A stretch of DNA of 57,610 nucleotides from the NCBI GenBank assembly GCA_007121465.1, contig SKKL01000048.1:1-57610 (forward strand). The letters are read 5' to 3'. Below the pieces are notes generated by a model. The model was not told the origin of the DNA. It saw only the letters and a program-made list of their open reading frames with translations, and made no database searches. Within the stretch, counting starts at the first letter, position 1. Every line of letters begins with the position of its first letter. Positions 27,631-37,843 of this stretch are shown here, piece by piece. Both the position numbers and the translations under genes were made by a program. The DNA comes from Acidimicrobiales bacterium (GTDB lineage: Bacteria; Actinomycetota; Acidimicrobiia; Acidimicrobiales; SKKL01).

Positions 27631-28776
27631 TTACCTCAGTAGGACGGTACCGACGAGCGGCACCACGATGAACATACCCACCACATAGACCAGTGCCCAC
27701 GCGCGCCTCTCGGCGGCGAGGTCGGCCAGCATCTCGGCGGCGCGGACAGGCAGTTCGCGGATGACCTGGAACGGGTACACGATGGCGATCGCGGTGCAGT
27801 TGAACAGCGTGTGCACGAACGCGATGGTGAGCGCTTCGGGACGGCTGGCAGCCATGGCCGCGAGGATGGCGGTGATCGTCGTGCCGATGTTGGCGCCGAG
27901 GGTCATCGGGTAGGCGTTGCGCAGGGTCAGGACCCCGGCCGCGGTGAGCGGGACCATGATCGAGGTGGTGATCGTGGAGGACTGCACGGCGATGGTGATC
28001 ACGACCCCGAGGGCCATGGCCATCAGACCGCCACCTTTGCCGAGCATGGCGTTGAGCGAGCGCTCGATGCGGTTGGCCACCAGCTTGCGCATGTTCTTGG
28101 TGATGAAGGTGAGCGACACCAATATCACCGCGATCCCCATGAGCACCATCAGGACACCCAGGACGTTGCCGGTCGCGCCGACGACCTCGCCGACGTCCTG
28201 GATCCATCGCACCGGGTGGGCGACGGCCTCCTTCACCGGACTGCGCCACTCGGTTCCCGAGGCGCCGACCAACCGCTCGCTCATCGCCTTGGCGACCCGC
28301 GCCAAGATGCCCGTCGCCAACTCGAGCGGGAGGAGGATCGCCACGGCCATGACGTTGAAGAAGTCGTGGACGGTCGCGGCGGCGAGGGCCCGACGGAACT
28401 CGACGGTCTGGCGGACGTGGCCGAGCGCCACGAGAGTGTTGGTCACGGTGGTGCCGAGGTTGGCACCCGTGATCATCGGTACGGCGGCGTCGACTCCCAC
28501 CGCTCCGGAGGCGACCAGGCCCACGATCACCGAGGTGCTGGCCGACGACGACTGAACCAGCACCGTCGCGAGGATGCCGACGAAGAGCCCGGCCAACGGG
28601 TTGGTGACGGCGGAGAACAGGTTTGCCTGGACGTCCTCGCCGAGCAGACCGATCCCGTTCTCGAGCGACGACACGCCGACGAGGAACAGGTAGATGAAGA
28701 CGATGACGATCGCGGCCCGGGCCGGGGTGGGCATCGGGCGGGTCGTGGGGGTCGGGAGCGCCGGAGTGTCCGTCAT
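27631..28776 (-). CDS. Na+/phosphate cotransporter family (NptA-like) membrane protein
   Basis: ATG at 28774-28776 within ORF 27631..29019. Duplicated Na_Pi_cotrans motifs (VQSSSASTSVIVGL... and VQSSTITTSIMVPL...) and GANLGTTVTN / GANIGTTITA. Confidence 0.85.
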   Translation of the reverse strand: MTDTPALPTPTTRPMPTPARAAIVIVFIYLFLVGVSSLENGIGLLGEDVQANLFSAVTNPLAGLFVGILATVLVQSSSASTSVIVGLVASGAVGVDAAVPMITGANLGTTVTNTLVALGHVRQTVEFRRALAAATVHDFFNVMAVAILLPLELATGILARVAKAMSERLVGASGTEWRSPVKEAVAHPVRWIQDVGEVVGATGNVLGVLMVLMGIAVILVSLTFITKNMRKLVANRIERSLNAMLGKGGGLMAMALGVVITIAVQSSTITTSIMVPLTAAGVLTLRNAYPMTLGANIGTTITAILAAMAASRPEALTIAFVHTLFNCTAIAIVYPFQVIRELPVRAAEMLADLAAERRAWALVYVVGMFIVVPLVGTVLLR

Positions 28777-28933
28777 CAGGGAGAGTGGTGCGGGCGCCGG
28801 CGTCGACCGGTCAACACGCCCACGCGCACGGTAGTGGACCGTCGCCACCTCCTGTCCATCTTGGGTTCTCCGATGGTTCATGTCACGAGCCCGTTCGGGC
28901 GACACGAATCTGCCGACAGCCGACCGCTCGGCC

Positions 28934-30205
28934 ATGATCGGGGTCATGCCGAAGGCCGTGCAGGTCGATGCCGCGACACGCCGGGCTCGCCTGGCGGTGG
29001 GAGCCCTGTTCCTCACCAACGCCGTGCTCTACGCCAACGTCGTGCCGCGTCTCCCCGAGATCCGCGACTCGCTCGGCCTGACCAACGCCGCCCTCGGCAC
29101 CGCGATCGCCGCCATGCCGACCGGTGCGTTGGTCGCGGGATGGTTCGCACCGGTGCTCATCGGCCGGTTCGGCTCGGCCCGCCTCGCCTCGTGGGGGCTG
29201 GTCGCCCTCGCCGTGGCCACCGGATCGATACCCCTCGCCGGATCGTGGGGTGGACTCGTGGCGGTCTTCCTCGTGATCGGCGCGGTGGACAGCGTCGTCG
29301 ATGTTGCTCAGAACTCCCATGGCTTCCGTGTCCAGCGGCGCTACGGGCGCTCGATCGTCAACACCTTCCATGGGATGTGGAGCGTCGGTGCGGTCACCGG
29401 TGGGTCCATGGGCGCGATCGCGGCGGGACTCGGCATCGGCCTCGGGGTCCACCTGCCGGTGGTGGCGGTGGTCTTCGCCGTGCTCGCGATCGTCGCCGGC
29501 CGACAGCTCCTGGACGGGCCGGAGAACTCCGAACGGGTCCCGTCGATGTCACCCGGGCCGGTCTCTGACCCGCCACTGGCCCCCGAGGTCCTGGCCGATC
29601 CCCCGAGAGGAGGGGAATGGGGCGGTCGTCGCCTGCCGGGCAGCGTGTCGGTCTGGCTGTTGGCCGGCTTCGGTGTGCTGGCGGTCTGTGGAGCGGTGGT
29701 GGAGGACGCGGGCGGTTCGTGGGGGGCGATCTACCTGCGCGACGAGTTGGGAGCGGCGCCGGCGGTCGCCGGTCTCGGATTCGTGGGTTTGCAGGCAGCG
29801 ATGACCGTCGGGCGTTTCGCCGGTGACCGCATCGTCGATCGATGGGGGCAACTCCAAGTGGTCCGCCTCGGCGGTCTGCTCGTCGTCGGCGGGTTGGGCG
29901 TTGCCCTGGCGGTTCCCACCGTGGCCACCACCGTGGTGGGGTTCGCGGTGGCCGGGCTCGGTGTCGCGACGGTGATCCCCGCGGCGATGCACGCGGCCGA
30001 CGAGCTCGACGGGCCTGGCCCCGGGATCGGCCTGACCGCGGTGAGCTGGTCGTTGCGGGTCGGGTTCCTCGTGTCGCCCCCGCTCGTCGGGGCGATCGCC
30101 GATGCGACCAGCTTGCGGCTGGCGTTGGTCGGTGTCCCCCTGGCCGGGATCGTGATCGTCCTGCTGGCCGGGCTGTTGCGCGAGCCGGAACCGAGACCGA
30201 CCTGA
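28934..30205 (+). CDS. MFS transporter
   Basis: ATG at 28934 within ORF 28880..30205. About 12 TM segments with the typical MFS loop motif region. Confidence 0.8.
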   Translation: MIGVMPKAVQVDAATRRARLAVGALFLTNAVLYANVVPRLPEIRDSLGLTNAALGTAIAAMPTGALVAGWFAPVLIGRFGSARLASWGLVALAVATGSIPLAGSWGGLVAVFLVIGAVDSVVDVAQNSHGFRVQRRYGRSIVNTFHGMWSVGAVTGGSMGAIAAGLGIGLGVHLPVVAVVFAVLAIVAGRQLLDGPENSERVPSMSPGPVSDPPLAPEVLADPPRGGEWGGRRLPGSVSVWLLAGFGVLAVCGAVVEDAGGSWGAIYLRDELGAAPAVAGLGFVGLQAAMTVGRFAGDRIVDRWGQLQVVRLGGLLVVGGLGVALAVPTVATTVVGFAVAGLGVATVIPAAMHAADELDGPGPGIGLTAVSWSLRVGFLVSPPLVGAIADATSLRLALVGVPLAGIVIVLLAGLLREPEPRPT

Positions 30206-30221
30206 GCGGAGCCATTCTGGA

Positions 30222-31427
30222 TCAGGCAGAGTCGAGGTCGGCGGTGAGGTCGATGATCTCGTCGAGGTCGTCGCTCCCCGCCGATGCCAGGCTCCACCGG
30301 CCTCCGCGTTTGAGGAACAGGTACCACCGGCCCCGGCGGCCGAGGCGGTACTGGTGGTCGCCGACGGTGATGCGGTTGGCCCGCACCTGGATGGTGCCGT
30401 GCTGTACGCCGGCGGCCTCGATGCGGTCCTTGGCGGTGATCATCTCGACGGTGGGTGGGGTCCAGGCCTCCTCGTCGAGCACGGCGAGACCGTCGGGTCC
30501 GGCCACCCGCCAGGCGGCTGCCCACGACTCGAGGGTGGCGTGGGTGACCCCGGCTCGGTCGGCCAGGTGTCGGAGCTCGGAGGACTCGCCCCAGGCGGCG
30601 TGCCGGGCGAGGTCGGCCTCGGGTGACAGGTCGAGACCGGACGTCTCCTCGCCCACCCCGAGCGCGAGGGTCCAGGCCCGTCGGGCGGCGTCGGCCGCGA
30701 GGAGCCGCAGGCCGTCGTCGGAGAACGGGGCGCCGGCGGGGGCGGCGGAGGGCCACGCGGCGGGCGTGAGCGGTCCGTCGCGCGGCGGAGTGGGGACCTC
30801 CGGCAGGGGACCGGGCGTGCGCCGCCAGGCTTCGCGGGCCACGACTCCGTCGGGCGCGGGACCGGTCTCGACCGCGGTGGTGTCCTCGCCGCTCGAGCGG
30901 CGAGAGCGGATGGCGTCGATGACGGCGGTGCGATCGAGGCCGCGCAACAGGAGGAGGACGAACGGGTCGGCGTCGAGCGCGTCGGCGATCAGGTAGCAGA
31001 CGGCGGCGGCGTGCTTGCACGGTTCGGCCCAATCGGGGCAGTTGCAGGCGGTTCGCAGATCGCCCGAGCGGGGCAGCAGGTCGACCTCGACCGACTCGAC
31101 GTCGGCCACGATTCCGGGGTCGAGCTCGCCGTCGAGCAGCGCGGCGGCGTGGGCCGCCTTGGCGACGATGGCATCGAAGACGCACTCCCACTCGTCGTCG
31201 CGGAACAAGCGGACCTGCAGGACGACCTCGTAGGGATCGGGCCGGCTGCCCTGGACCCAGGCTCGAACCCAACCGGGTTCGATGGCGAGGTCCTCGGCTC
31301 GGGCCTGACGGGCGTAGGTTCGGCCCCGGGGGAGTCGGTTGAGGTCGTGCACCGCTCGTCCCTCGAGCGCGTCGAGCCAGGCCTGGCCCCACCAGGTGTT
31401 GCCGAAGGTGCGCCGTCGGTTGGCCAT
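30222..31427 (-). CDS. SWIM zinc-finger protein
   Basis: ATG at 31425-31427 within ORF 30222..31676. N-terminus MANRRRTFGNTWWGQAWLDALE. SWIM CxCxnCxH motif CNCPDWAEPCKH at 31011-31046, verified by back-translation. The start overlaps the upstream helicase stop (ATGA). Confidence 0.8.
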   Translation of the reverse strand: MANRRRTFGNTWWGQAWLDALEGRAVHDLNRLPRGRTYARQARAEDLAIEPGWVRAWVQGSRPDPYEVVLQVRLFRDDEWECVFDAIVAKAAHAAALLDGELDPGIVADVESVEVDLLPRSGDLRTACNCPDWAEPCKHAAAVCYLIADALDADPFVLLLLRGLDRTAVIDAIRSRRSSGEDTTAVETGPAPDGVVAREAWRRTPGPLPEVPTPPRDGPLTPAAWPSAAPAGAPFSDDGLRLLAADAARRAWTLALGVGEETSGLDLSPEADLARHAAWGESSELRHLADRAGVTHATLESWAAAWRVAGPDGLAVLDEEAWTPPTVEMITAKDRIEAAGVQHGTIQVRANRITVGDHQYRLGRRGRWYLFLKRGGRWSLASAGSDDLDEIIDLTADLDSA

Positions 31428-34189
31428 CAGAACCCACCCGAGCCGGTGTCGCCGAGGCTGACCAGCGCGGCGAGCTCGGAGTCGGACAGCTCCGACACCC
31501 AGGCCTCCCCGCCACCGACGACCGACTCGGCCAGGCCCCTCTTCGTCTCGAGCATCGTGGCGATGCGCTCCTCGAGGGTGCCTTCGCAGACGAGTCGGTG
31601 CACCTGGACCGGCCGGTCCTGGCCGATGCGCCAGGCCCGGTCGCTGGCCTGGTCCTCGACGGCGGGGTTCCACCACCGGTCGTAGTGCACCACGTGGGTG
31701 GCCCGGGTGAGGTTGAGTCCGGTGCCGCCCGCCTTGAGCGACACGACGAGGACGGGAGGGGTGCCGGCCTGGAACTGCTCGACCATCGACTCGCGACGGG
31801 CGACCCGCACCGACCCGTGGAGGAAGACCGACGGCACGTCGACCGACGCGAGGTGGCGCTCGATGAGGCGTCCCATGGTCACATACTGGGTGAACACGAG
31901 GGCGGAGTCGCCCTCGGCGGTGACGATCTGGAGCAGGTCGGTGAGGGCGTCGAGCTTGCCCGAACGGCCTCTCAGGGAGGCGTCGGGCTGGGCGAGGTAG
32001 TGGGCGGGGTGGTTGCAGATCTGCTTGAGCGCGGTGAGGAGCTTGAGGACCATCCCGTGGCGGGTGATGCCGTCGGAGGACTCGACCTCGTCGAGCAGCT
32101 CCTCGACCACGGCCCGGTAGAGGGTGGCCTGCTCGGTGGTGAGACCGACGAAGCGGTCGGTCTCGGTCTTCTCGGGGAGGTCGGGGGCGATGGTGGGGTC
32201 GGACTTCCGTCTACGGAGCAGGAACGGGCGGACGGTGTCGGCCAGGCGCTCGGTGACCACGTCGTCGCGGTCGCGTTCGATGGGAACCGCCACGAGCCGC
32301 TGGAACTGGTCGAGCGGTCCGAGCAGCCCGGGGGTGGTCCAGTCGAGCAGGGCCCAGAGGTCGGACAGGCGGTTCTCGACGGGGGTGCCGGTGAGGGCGA
32401 TGCGGGCACCGTGGGGGATCTCCCTCAACGCCCGGGCGGTGCGGGAGTAGGGGTTCTTCACCGCCTGGGCCTCGTCGGCGACCACCAGGCCCCACGGGAC
32501 CGCAGCCAGTTCCTCGACGTCGCGTCGCACGACTCCGTAGGTGGTGACGACGATGTCGCCGGCGCCGACACCGTCGAGGTCGCGAGCGGCTCCGTGATGA
32601 CGTCGGACCGTGACCCCCGGGGCGAAGCGGGCCGCCTCCCTCTGCCAGTTGCCCATCAAGGTGGTGGGACACACGATGAGGGTCGGGCCGCTGCCCTCCC
32701 GGGCCAGGTGCAGCGCGAGGACCTGGATGGTCTTGCCGAGCCCCATGTCGTCGGCCAGCACCCCGCCGAGGCCGAGCTCGGCCATCTCGGTGAGCCACTG
32801 GACGCCTCGCTCCTGGTAGGGGCGCAGCTCGGCGTCGAGCCCGACGGGCTTCTCGAAGGCCTCGCGCTGGTCGAGTGACCCCAGTCGACTCGCCAGCTCG
32901 GCGAGAGGACCGTGGATCTCGGCCTCCACCGAGTCGCCGTCGACGAGCAGGTTGCCCGTGAGCGCGGCGGCCAGGGCATCGCCGGTGCGGACCTCTCGCC
33001 GTTCCTTCAGCTTGGCGAGCTGGTCGGGATCGGCCCGCACCCACCGCCCCCGGAGCCGCACCATCGGCCGCTTGGCCTCGGCGAGCAGGGCCAGTTCGGC
33101 GTCGGTGAGCTCCTCGCCGTCGAGGGTGGCCCGCCACCGCATCTCCGACAGGGTGGACAGCTTGAGGGAACCCTCGGTGACCGCTTCGGGCCGAGGCGTG
33201 GTGACGACCGGCCGCAGGTCGAGCACCCGGAGGACCTCGGCCGGCCACAGCACCGTGAGGCCGGCGGCGGCGAGGTCGTCGGCGACGGGACCGAACAGCT
33301 CGTTGGCCTCCTCGTCGTCGAGCTCGAGCACGCTCGGCAACGCTTGGTCCAGCAGGCGGGAGATGGGACCCCACACCCGGGCGGCTCGTCGGAGGGTGAC
33401 GAGCAGGGCGAGGTCGGGGTCCTCGCCGAATCGGGCGGCGACCGGTTCGGGGGCGTGCCACAGGTCGATGGCCGAGAGGACGAGCCCGGGGTCGAGGGTG
33501 CTGTGGACCTCGAGGAGGCAGTCGACCGACCGCTCGGGTAGGTCGGGGATCTGCACCCGCAACGCCGCCGAGATGGCGCTGTCGGTGCCGGTGGTGGTGG
33601 AGCGCAGCCAGTCGCGCCAGGTCGAGACGTCGGTGGGGGCGGCCGCGGCGAAGGCCGGGTGCCCGGCCGCCACCGTGGCGGCGGGTGACCGCGTGAAGGT
33701 GTCGGCCACCGCGTCGAGAAAGGCGGCGACGAGCGAGTGGGGTGCTTGGATCTGGCGGGGGGAGGTGTCGGGGATCTCGACGGCGTGGGCGGCGGGAGGA
33801 AGGGCGGCGGCGAGCCGTTCGATGCGCTCGCGGTCGGCAGGGTCGAGCGGACCGAGCCGCCAGGTGTCGGTGCCGTCGGCGGTGATGGTGGGCAACAGCC
33901 GGCCTCGCGCCACCAGATCGAGCGCCAGGCGGGTGGCGGTGGACCACGCCCGGACCGAGGCGGTCACCTGTCGCGTGGCGGGTAGCGTGGCGAGGTCGTC
34001 GATGACCTCGGCCAGTGGCATCCATTCGACGGGGGTGGCGCGCCGACGGACCTGCTTTCCGACCGGGACGATCAGGTCGAGGGTGTGGGCGGTGTCGCCG
34101 ACCGGCGGACCCCAGAGCGCTAGCCGACCATCGCGCCCGTGTGTTCCGGGCACGAAGGTGGCCTCGAGGTCCTCGCCGATGCTCCGCAT
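31427..34189 (-). CDS. SNF2-family DEAD/DEAH-box helicase/translocase (HelZ-like)
   Basis: 920-aa ORF with LRPYQERGVQWL, motif I LADDMGLGKT, motif II VVADEAQAVKN and the C-terminal helicase lobe (SLKAGGTGLNLTRATHVVHYDRWWNPAVEDQASDRAWRIGQ). The roughly 430-aa N-terminal region is unassigned. Confidence 0.9.
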   Translation of the reverse strand: MRSIGEDLEATFVPGTHGRDGRLALWGPPVGDTAHTLDLIVPVGKQVRRRATPVEWMPLAEVIDDLATLPATRQVTASVRAWSTATRLALDLVARGRLLPTITADGTDTWRLGPLDPADRERIERLAAALPPAAHAVEIPDTSPRQIQAPHSLVAAFLDAVADTFTRSPAATVAAGHPAFAAAAPTDVSTWRDWLRSTTTGTDSAISAALRVQIPDLPERSVDCLLEVHSTLDPGLVLSAIDLWHAPEPVAARFGEDPDLALLVTLRRAARVWGPISRLLDQALPSVLELDDEEANELFGPVADDLAAAGLTVLWPAEVLRVLDLRPVVTTPRPEAVTEGSLKLSTLSEMRWRATLDGEELTDAELALLAEAKRPMVRLRGRWVRADPDQLAKLKERREVRTGDALAAALTGNLLVDGDSVEAEIHGPLAELASRLGSLDQREAFEKPVGLDAELRPYQERGVQWLTEMAELGLGGVLADDMGLGKTIQVLALHLAREGSGPTLIVCPTTLMGNWQREAARFAPGVTVRRHHGAARDLDGVGAGDIVVTTYGVVRRDVEELAAVPWGLVVADEAQAVKNPYSRTARALREIPHGARIALTGTPVENRLSDLWALLDWTTPGLLGPLDQFQRLVAVPIERDRDDVVTERLADTVRPFLLRRRKSDPTIAPDLPEKTETDRFVGLTTEQATLYRAVVEELLDEVESSDGITRHGMVLKLLTALKQICNHPAHYLAQPDASLRGRSGKLDALTDLLQIVTAEGDSALVFTQYVTMGRLIERHLASVDVPSVFLHGSVRVARRESMVEQFQAGTPPVLVVSLKAGGTGLNLTRATHVVHYDRWWNPAVEDQASDRAWRIGQDRPVQVHRLVCEGTLEERIATMLETKRGLAESVVGGGEAWVSELSDSELAALVSLGDTGSGGF

Positions 34190-34290
34190 GACCAGAGACG
34201 GTACCGACAGGGTGCGACATCGGGAACCGTTCGGCGGGACGACCCCCGTAGCGTGGGGGATCCGAGCAGCGATCGAGGAGATCCGACGAG

Positions 34291-35268
34291 ATGAGCGACA
34301 CCCCGATGCAGTACCGGCGACTCGGCCGATCCGGCCTGCAGGTGAGTGCGTTCTCGTTCGGGTCGTGGGTGACCTTCGGCGACCAGCTCGACGTGGGACT
34401 CGCCAAGGACTGCCTCGTTGCCGCCCGAGAGGCGGGCGTGAACTTCTTCGACAACGCCGAGGCCTACGCCGGCGGGGAGTCGGAGCGCATCATGGGCCGG
34501 GCGATCGCCGAGCTCGGCTGGGAGCGGCACAGCTACGTGGTGTCGACCAAGTTCTTCTGGGGCATCCACAAGGACACGCCCAACATGGCGAACACCCTCA
34601 ACCGCAAGTATCTGACCCAGGCGATCGACCGTTCGCTCGAGCGGTTCGGGCTCGATTTCATCGACCTCGTCTTCTGCCACCGGGCCGATCCCGATACGCC
34701 CATCGAGGAGACGGTGTGGGCGATGTCCGACATGGTCAGCTCGGGCAAGGCGCTCTACTGGGGCACCTCGGAGTGGACCGCCGAGGAGATCCGGGCCGCG
34801 TGGGACATCGCCGAACGTCACCACCTCCACAAGCCGGTGATGGAACAGCCGCAGTATCACCTGTTCGAGCGGCGCAAGGTGGAGAAGGAGTACGCCCGGC
34901 TCTACGAGGACATCGGGCTCGGGCTCACCACGTGGAGCCCGCTCGCGTCGGGTCTGCTCACCGGGAAGTACGCCGACGGCATCCCCGAGGGGAGCCGGGC
35001 CGCGCTGCCAGGATACGAGTGGCTGCGCGACATGGTCACCAACCCCGAGCGCAACGCCAAGGTGCGGGAGCTTCGGGCCGTGGCCGAGCGCCTCGACTGC
35101 TCGCTGTCCCAGCTGGCCATCGCCTGGTGCGCGGCCAACCCTCACGTGTCGACGGTGATCACCGGGGCGAGCACCCCCGACCAGGTCACCGAGAACATGG
35201 GCGCCAAGCGGGTTCTCGCCGACCTCACCCCCGACCTGCTCGCCGAGATCGACCACATTGTCACCTGA
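34291..35268 (+). CDS. Aldo/keto reductase, Kv-beta-subunit-like
   Basis: 325-aa ORF with [37 protein letters not shown] and YWGTSEW motifs. Confidence 0.92.
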   Translation: MSDTPMQYRRLGRSGLQVSAFSFGSWVTFGDQLDVGLAKDCLVAAREAGVNFFDNAEAYAGGESERIMGRAIAELGWERHSYVVSTKFFWGIHKDTPNMANTLNRKYLTQAIDRSLERFGLDFIDLVFCHRADPDTPIEETVWAMSDMVSSGKALYWGTSEWTAEEIRAAWDIAERHHLHKPVMEQPQYHLFERRKVEKEYARLYEDIGLGLTTWSPLASGLLTGKYADGIPEGSRAALPGYEWLRDMVTNPERNAKVRELRAVAERLDCSLSQLAIAWCAANPHVSTVITGASTPDQVTENMGAKRVLADLTPDLLAEIDHIVT

Positions 35269-35312
35269 CCCACCGGGGGTCCCGACGAGGGCCCGGGAGC
35301 TAGTTTCCAGGG

Positions 35313-35774
35313 ATGATCGGGGACCCAGCGGGCCGGGAAGCCAGAACTCCACGGGTGCGGATCGCCTGGCACGTGCTCGTCCTGCGGATCGTCGCCACCG
35401 TCGCCGTGGTCTCGGTTGCGCTCGGGGTCACCGTCTTCGTCCAGGACCGCCACTCGTGGAAGATGGAGATGGCCACGATGGTGTGTCCCGAACGTCCCCA
35501 CACCGATGTGCACTCGGTCCGCGTGTCTTCCTCGTGGGGAGAGGGAGTGTGGTGCACCTACGTGGGAGCGGACGGCAGGCAGGTCGCGGACTCCCTTGTT
35601 GCTGAATCTCGTGGAGAGACCAATGTCTTCGAGCCGCGGTTCTCGTTCGTGGTCTCGGCGGTCGTCGTCCTGGCCACCTGGTTCGGGGCGGTCGCTGTCA
35701 TCCGTCTCATCTGGCTCTGCGGACGAGTGATCCGGCGGCCCCGCCCGGCACCGTTCATCCCCGTCCCGGCCTGA
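35313..35774 (+). CDS. Hypothetical protein with two TM segments
   Basis: 153-aa ORF with high GC3 in this frame and hydrophobic segments near both ends. No family recognised. Confidence 0.45.
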   Translation: MIGDPAGREARTPRVRIAWHVLVLRIVATVAVVSVALGVTVFVQDRHSWKMEMATMVCPERPHTDVHSVRVSSSWGEGVWCTYVGADGRQVADSLVAESRGETNVFEPRFSFVVSAVVVLATWFGAVAVIRLIWLCGRVIRRPRPAPFIPVPA

Positions 35775-35793
35775 TCGGACGAGGGGCCTGGGC

Positions 35794-36438
35794 TCAGGAG
35801 CGGGCGCCTCGGGCGGCGTCGCGGTCGGCGGCGAGGCGGAGCGTCTCGGGTGACACCGGCGCGGCCATCAGCGCGGTGGTGAGGTCGATGAGGTGCTCGA
35901 CGAAGAGCCGGTCGTCGGTGTGGGGCGCGGTCGCCGCCCGGCGGCCGAGCTCGGCGGCGCTGAACCGGATGGCGGTGAACCGGCGGTGCAGGCGCACCGC
36001 TTCGGGGTCGAGCAGCGGCTCGACGAGGGTCCGCCACCGCTGGATCGAGTCGGTCGCCGCCGACGTCGCCGATGCATCCGGGTCGACGAGGGGCCGCGGC
36101 GCGTTGACCAGCTCGGCGTTGATCTGGAGGTACTGAGGCCCGCCGTCGGGATCGGAGAGCTTTGAGGCGAGCGGTCGAACGAGTGCGGCGGCCAGGTCGC
36201 GCAGCTCGGTGGCGCCGGTGGCTTCGCAGTGGTCGAGCACCGCGTGGCGTCGGGACTCGATGTCGGGCTTGTGCTTGGACAGGATCGCCCGCAGCACTCC
36301 TGCGCGGTCCTCGAAGTGGTACTGAACGGCCGAGGCGCTCTTGGCTCCGGCCTCGCGGTTGATCTCGCGCAGGCTGACCGCGGCGACCCCGTGGGTGGCG
36401 AAGAGGCTCTCGGCCGCGGTGAGGATCCGTTCCCGCAT
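35794..36438 (-). CDS. TetR/AcrR-family transcriptional regulator
   Basis: ATG at 36436-36438 within ORF 35794..36804. HTH region MRERILTAAESLFATHGVAAVSLREINREAGAKSASAVQYHF. Divergent from the acyl-CoA dehydrogenase/ABC operon. Confidence 0.85.
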   Translation of the reverse strand: MRERILTAAESLFATHGVAAVSLREINREAGAKSASAVQYHFEDRAGVLRAILSKHKPDIESRRHAVLDHCEATGATELRDLAAALVRPLASKLSDPDGGPQYLQINAELVNAPRPLVDPDASATSAATDSIQRWRTLVEPLLDPEAVRLHRRFTAIRFSAAELGRRAATAPHTDDRLFVEHLIDLTTALMAAPVSPETLRLAADRDAARGARS

Positions 36439-36556
36439 GCCGTCATCATGGCACGCCCCCCATTGCACCGTGCGTTCGCACCAGCCTAAAGTGCACCCGT
36501 ACGAAGTTCGCGGGGGTGAGCCGGCGCCATCGGTGCCGAGGGGGAGACGAGCGCAC

Positions 36557-37843
36557 GTGGCATGGGACTTCTCGACCGAACCGGAGTTCCAGGAGAAGCT
36601 CGACTGGGTGTCGGACTTCTGCAAGAACGAGATCGAACCACTCGATCTCGTCTTCCCGGGAGCTGCCCGGTCACGTGAGCCCCTGCAGCGTGCGCTCGTC
36701 GATCCCCTGAAGCAGCAGGTGAAGGACCAGGGCCTCTGGGCGCTGTTCCTCGACGAGGACCTCGGTGGCCCCGGGTTCGGCCAGCTCAAGCTCGCTCTCA
36801 TCAACGAGATCCTCGGCCGCTACGGCTCGGCTCCGTCGATCTTCGGTACCGCGGCTCCCGACACCGGCAACATGGAGCTGGTCGCCGCGTACGGCACCGA
36901 TGAGCAGAAGGACATGTGGCTCTACCCGCTCATGAACCAGGAGATGCGGTCGGCCTACTCCATGACCGAACCCCAGGGTGGGTCCGACCCCGACCTGTTC
37001 GTCACCACCGCGGTGCGCGACGGCGACGAGTGGGTCATCAACGGCGAGAAGTGGTTCACCAGTGCCGGTCGGGCCGCCGACATCTTGTTCGTGATGTGCA
37101 AGAACGGCATCTTCATCGTGCCCCGGGAGACGCCCGGCGTGGAGTTCATGCCGAACAGCCCGCTGGCGCACTCCCACATCAAGTACGACAACGTGCGGGT
37201 ACCGCTCAACCACCTCCTCGGCCCCGAGAACGCCGGCAAGGTCCTGGCCCAGCGCCGCCTCGGCGGCGGCCGCATCCATCACGCCATGCGCTCGATCGCC
37301 CAGTGCCATCGGGCCTTCGACATGATGTGCGAGCGGGCCCTCAGCCGTGAGGCCCACGGCAAGATCATCGGCGACCACCAGATGGTCCAGGAGGCGATCG
37401 CCGACTCCTATGCGCAGATCAAGATGCTGCGACTGCTCATCCTCGAGACCGCCTGGGTCATCGACAACTCGAGCACCCAGGAAGCCCGCACCCAGATCGC
37501 GGCCACCAAGTACACCGCCGCCAAGGTCCTGCGTGAGGTCACCTACCGGGCGATCCACATCATGGGGTCGCTCGGGGTCACCAACCTCACGCCGTTGCAG
37601 GCCCAGTGGGCCAACGCCCCCACCATGGCGGTGATGGACGGCGTCGACGAGGTCCACAAGGTCACCGTCGCCCGGAATGTCTTGAAGCAGTACCGCCCCC
37701 ATGATGGCCTGTGGCCGAGCGAGTACATCCCCGCCAAGCGGGAGAAGGCCACCGAGAAGTACGAGGCCCTCTTCGCCAAGGACCCCGAGTACCGCGACCT
37801 GTCCGAGAAGCTGATCCGACGGGCGGCCTTCATAGGGGGCTGA
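36557..37843 (+). CDS. Acyl-CoA dehydrogenase family protein
   Basis: GTG at 36557 within ORF 36341..37843. ...RSAYSMTEPQGGSDP...DGDEWVINGEKWFTS... and C-terminal helical-domain motifs. About 428 aa. Confidence 0.9.
   Translation: MAWDFSTEPEFQEKLDWVSDFCKNEIEPLDLVFPGAARSREPLQRALVDPLKQQVKDQGLWALFLDEDLGGPGFGQLKLALINEILGRYGSAPSIFGTAAPDTGNMELVAAYGTDEQKDMWLYPLMNQEMRSAYSMTEPQGGSDPDLFVTTAVRDGDEWVINGEKWFTSAGRAADILFVMCKNGIFIVPRETPGVEFMPNSPLAHSHIKYDNVRVPLNHLLGPENAGKVLAQRRLGGGRIHHAMRSIAQCHRAFDMMCERALSREAHGKIIGDHQMVQEAIADSYAQIKMLRLLILETAWVIDNSSTQEARTQIAATKYTAAKVLREVTYRAIHIMGSLGVTNLTPLQAQWANAPTMAVMDGVDEVHKVTVARNVLKQYRPHDGLWPSEYIPAKREKATEKYEALFAKDPEYRDLSEKLIRRAAFIGG

Noticed and set aside
36470-36481. GTGCG-TT-CGCAC inverted repeat (plus a nearby GTGCAC) in the TetR/ACAD divergent spacer, considered as the TetR operator.
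   Set aside because: The arms are only 5 bp long in GC-rich DNA, so the match could be chance. It is kept as a note rather than a feature, and EMSA would be needed.
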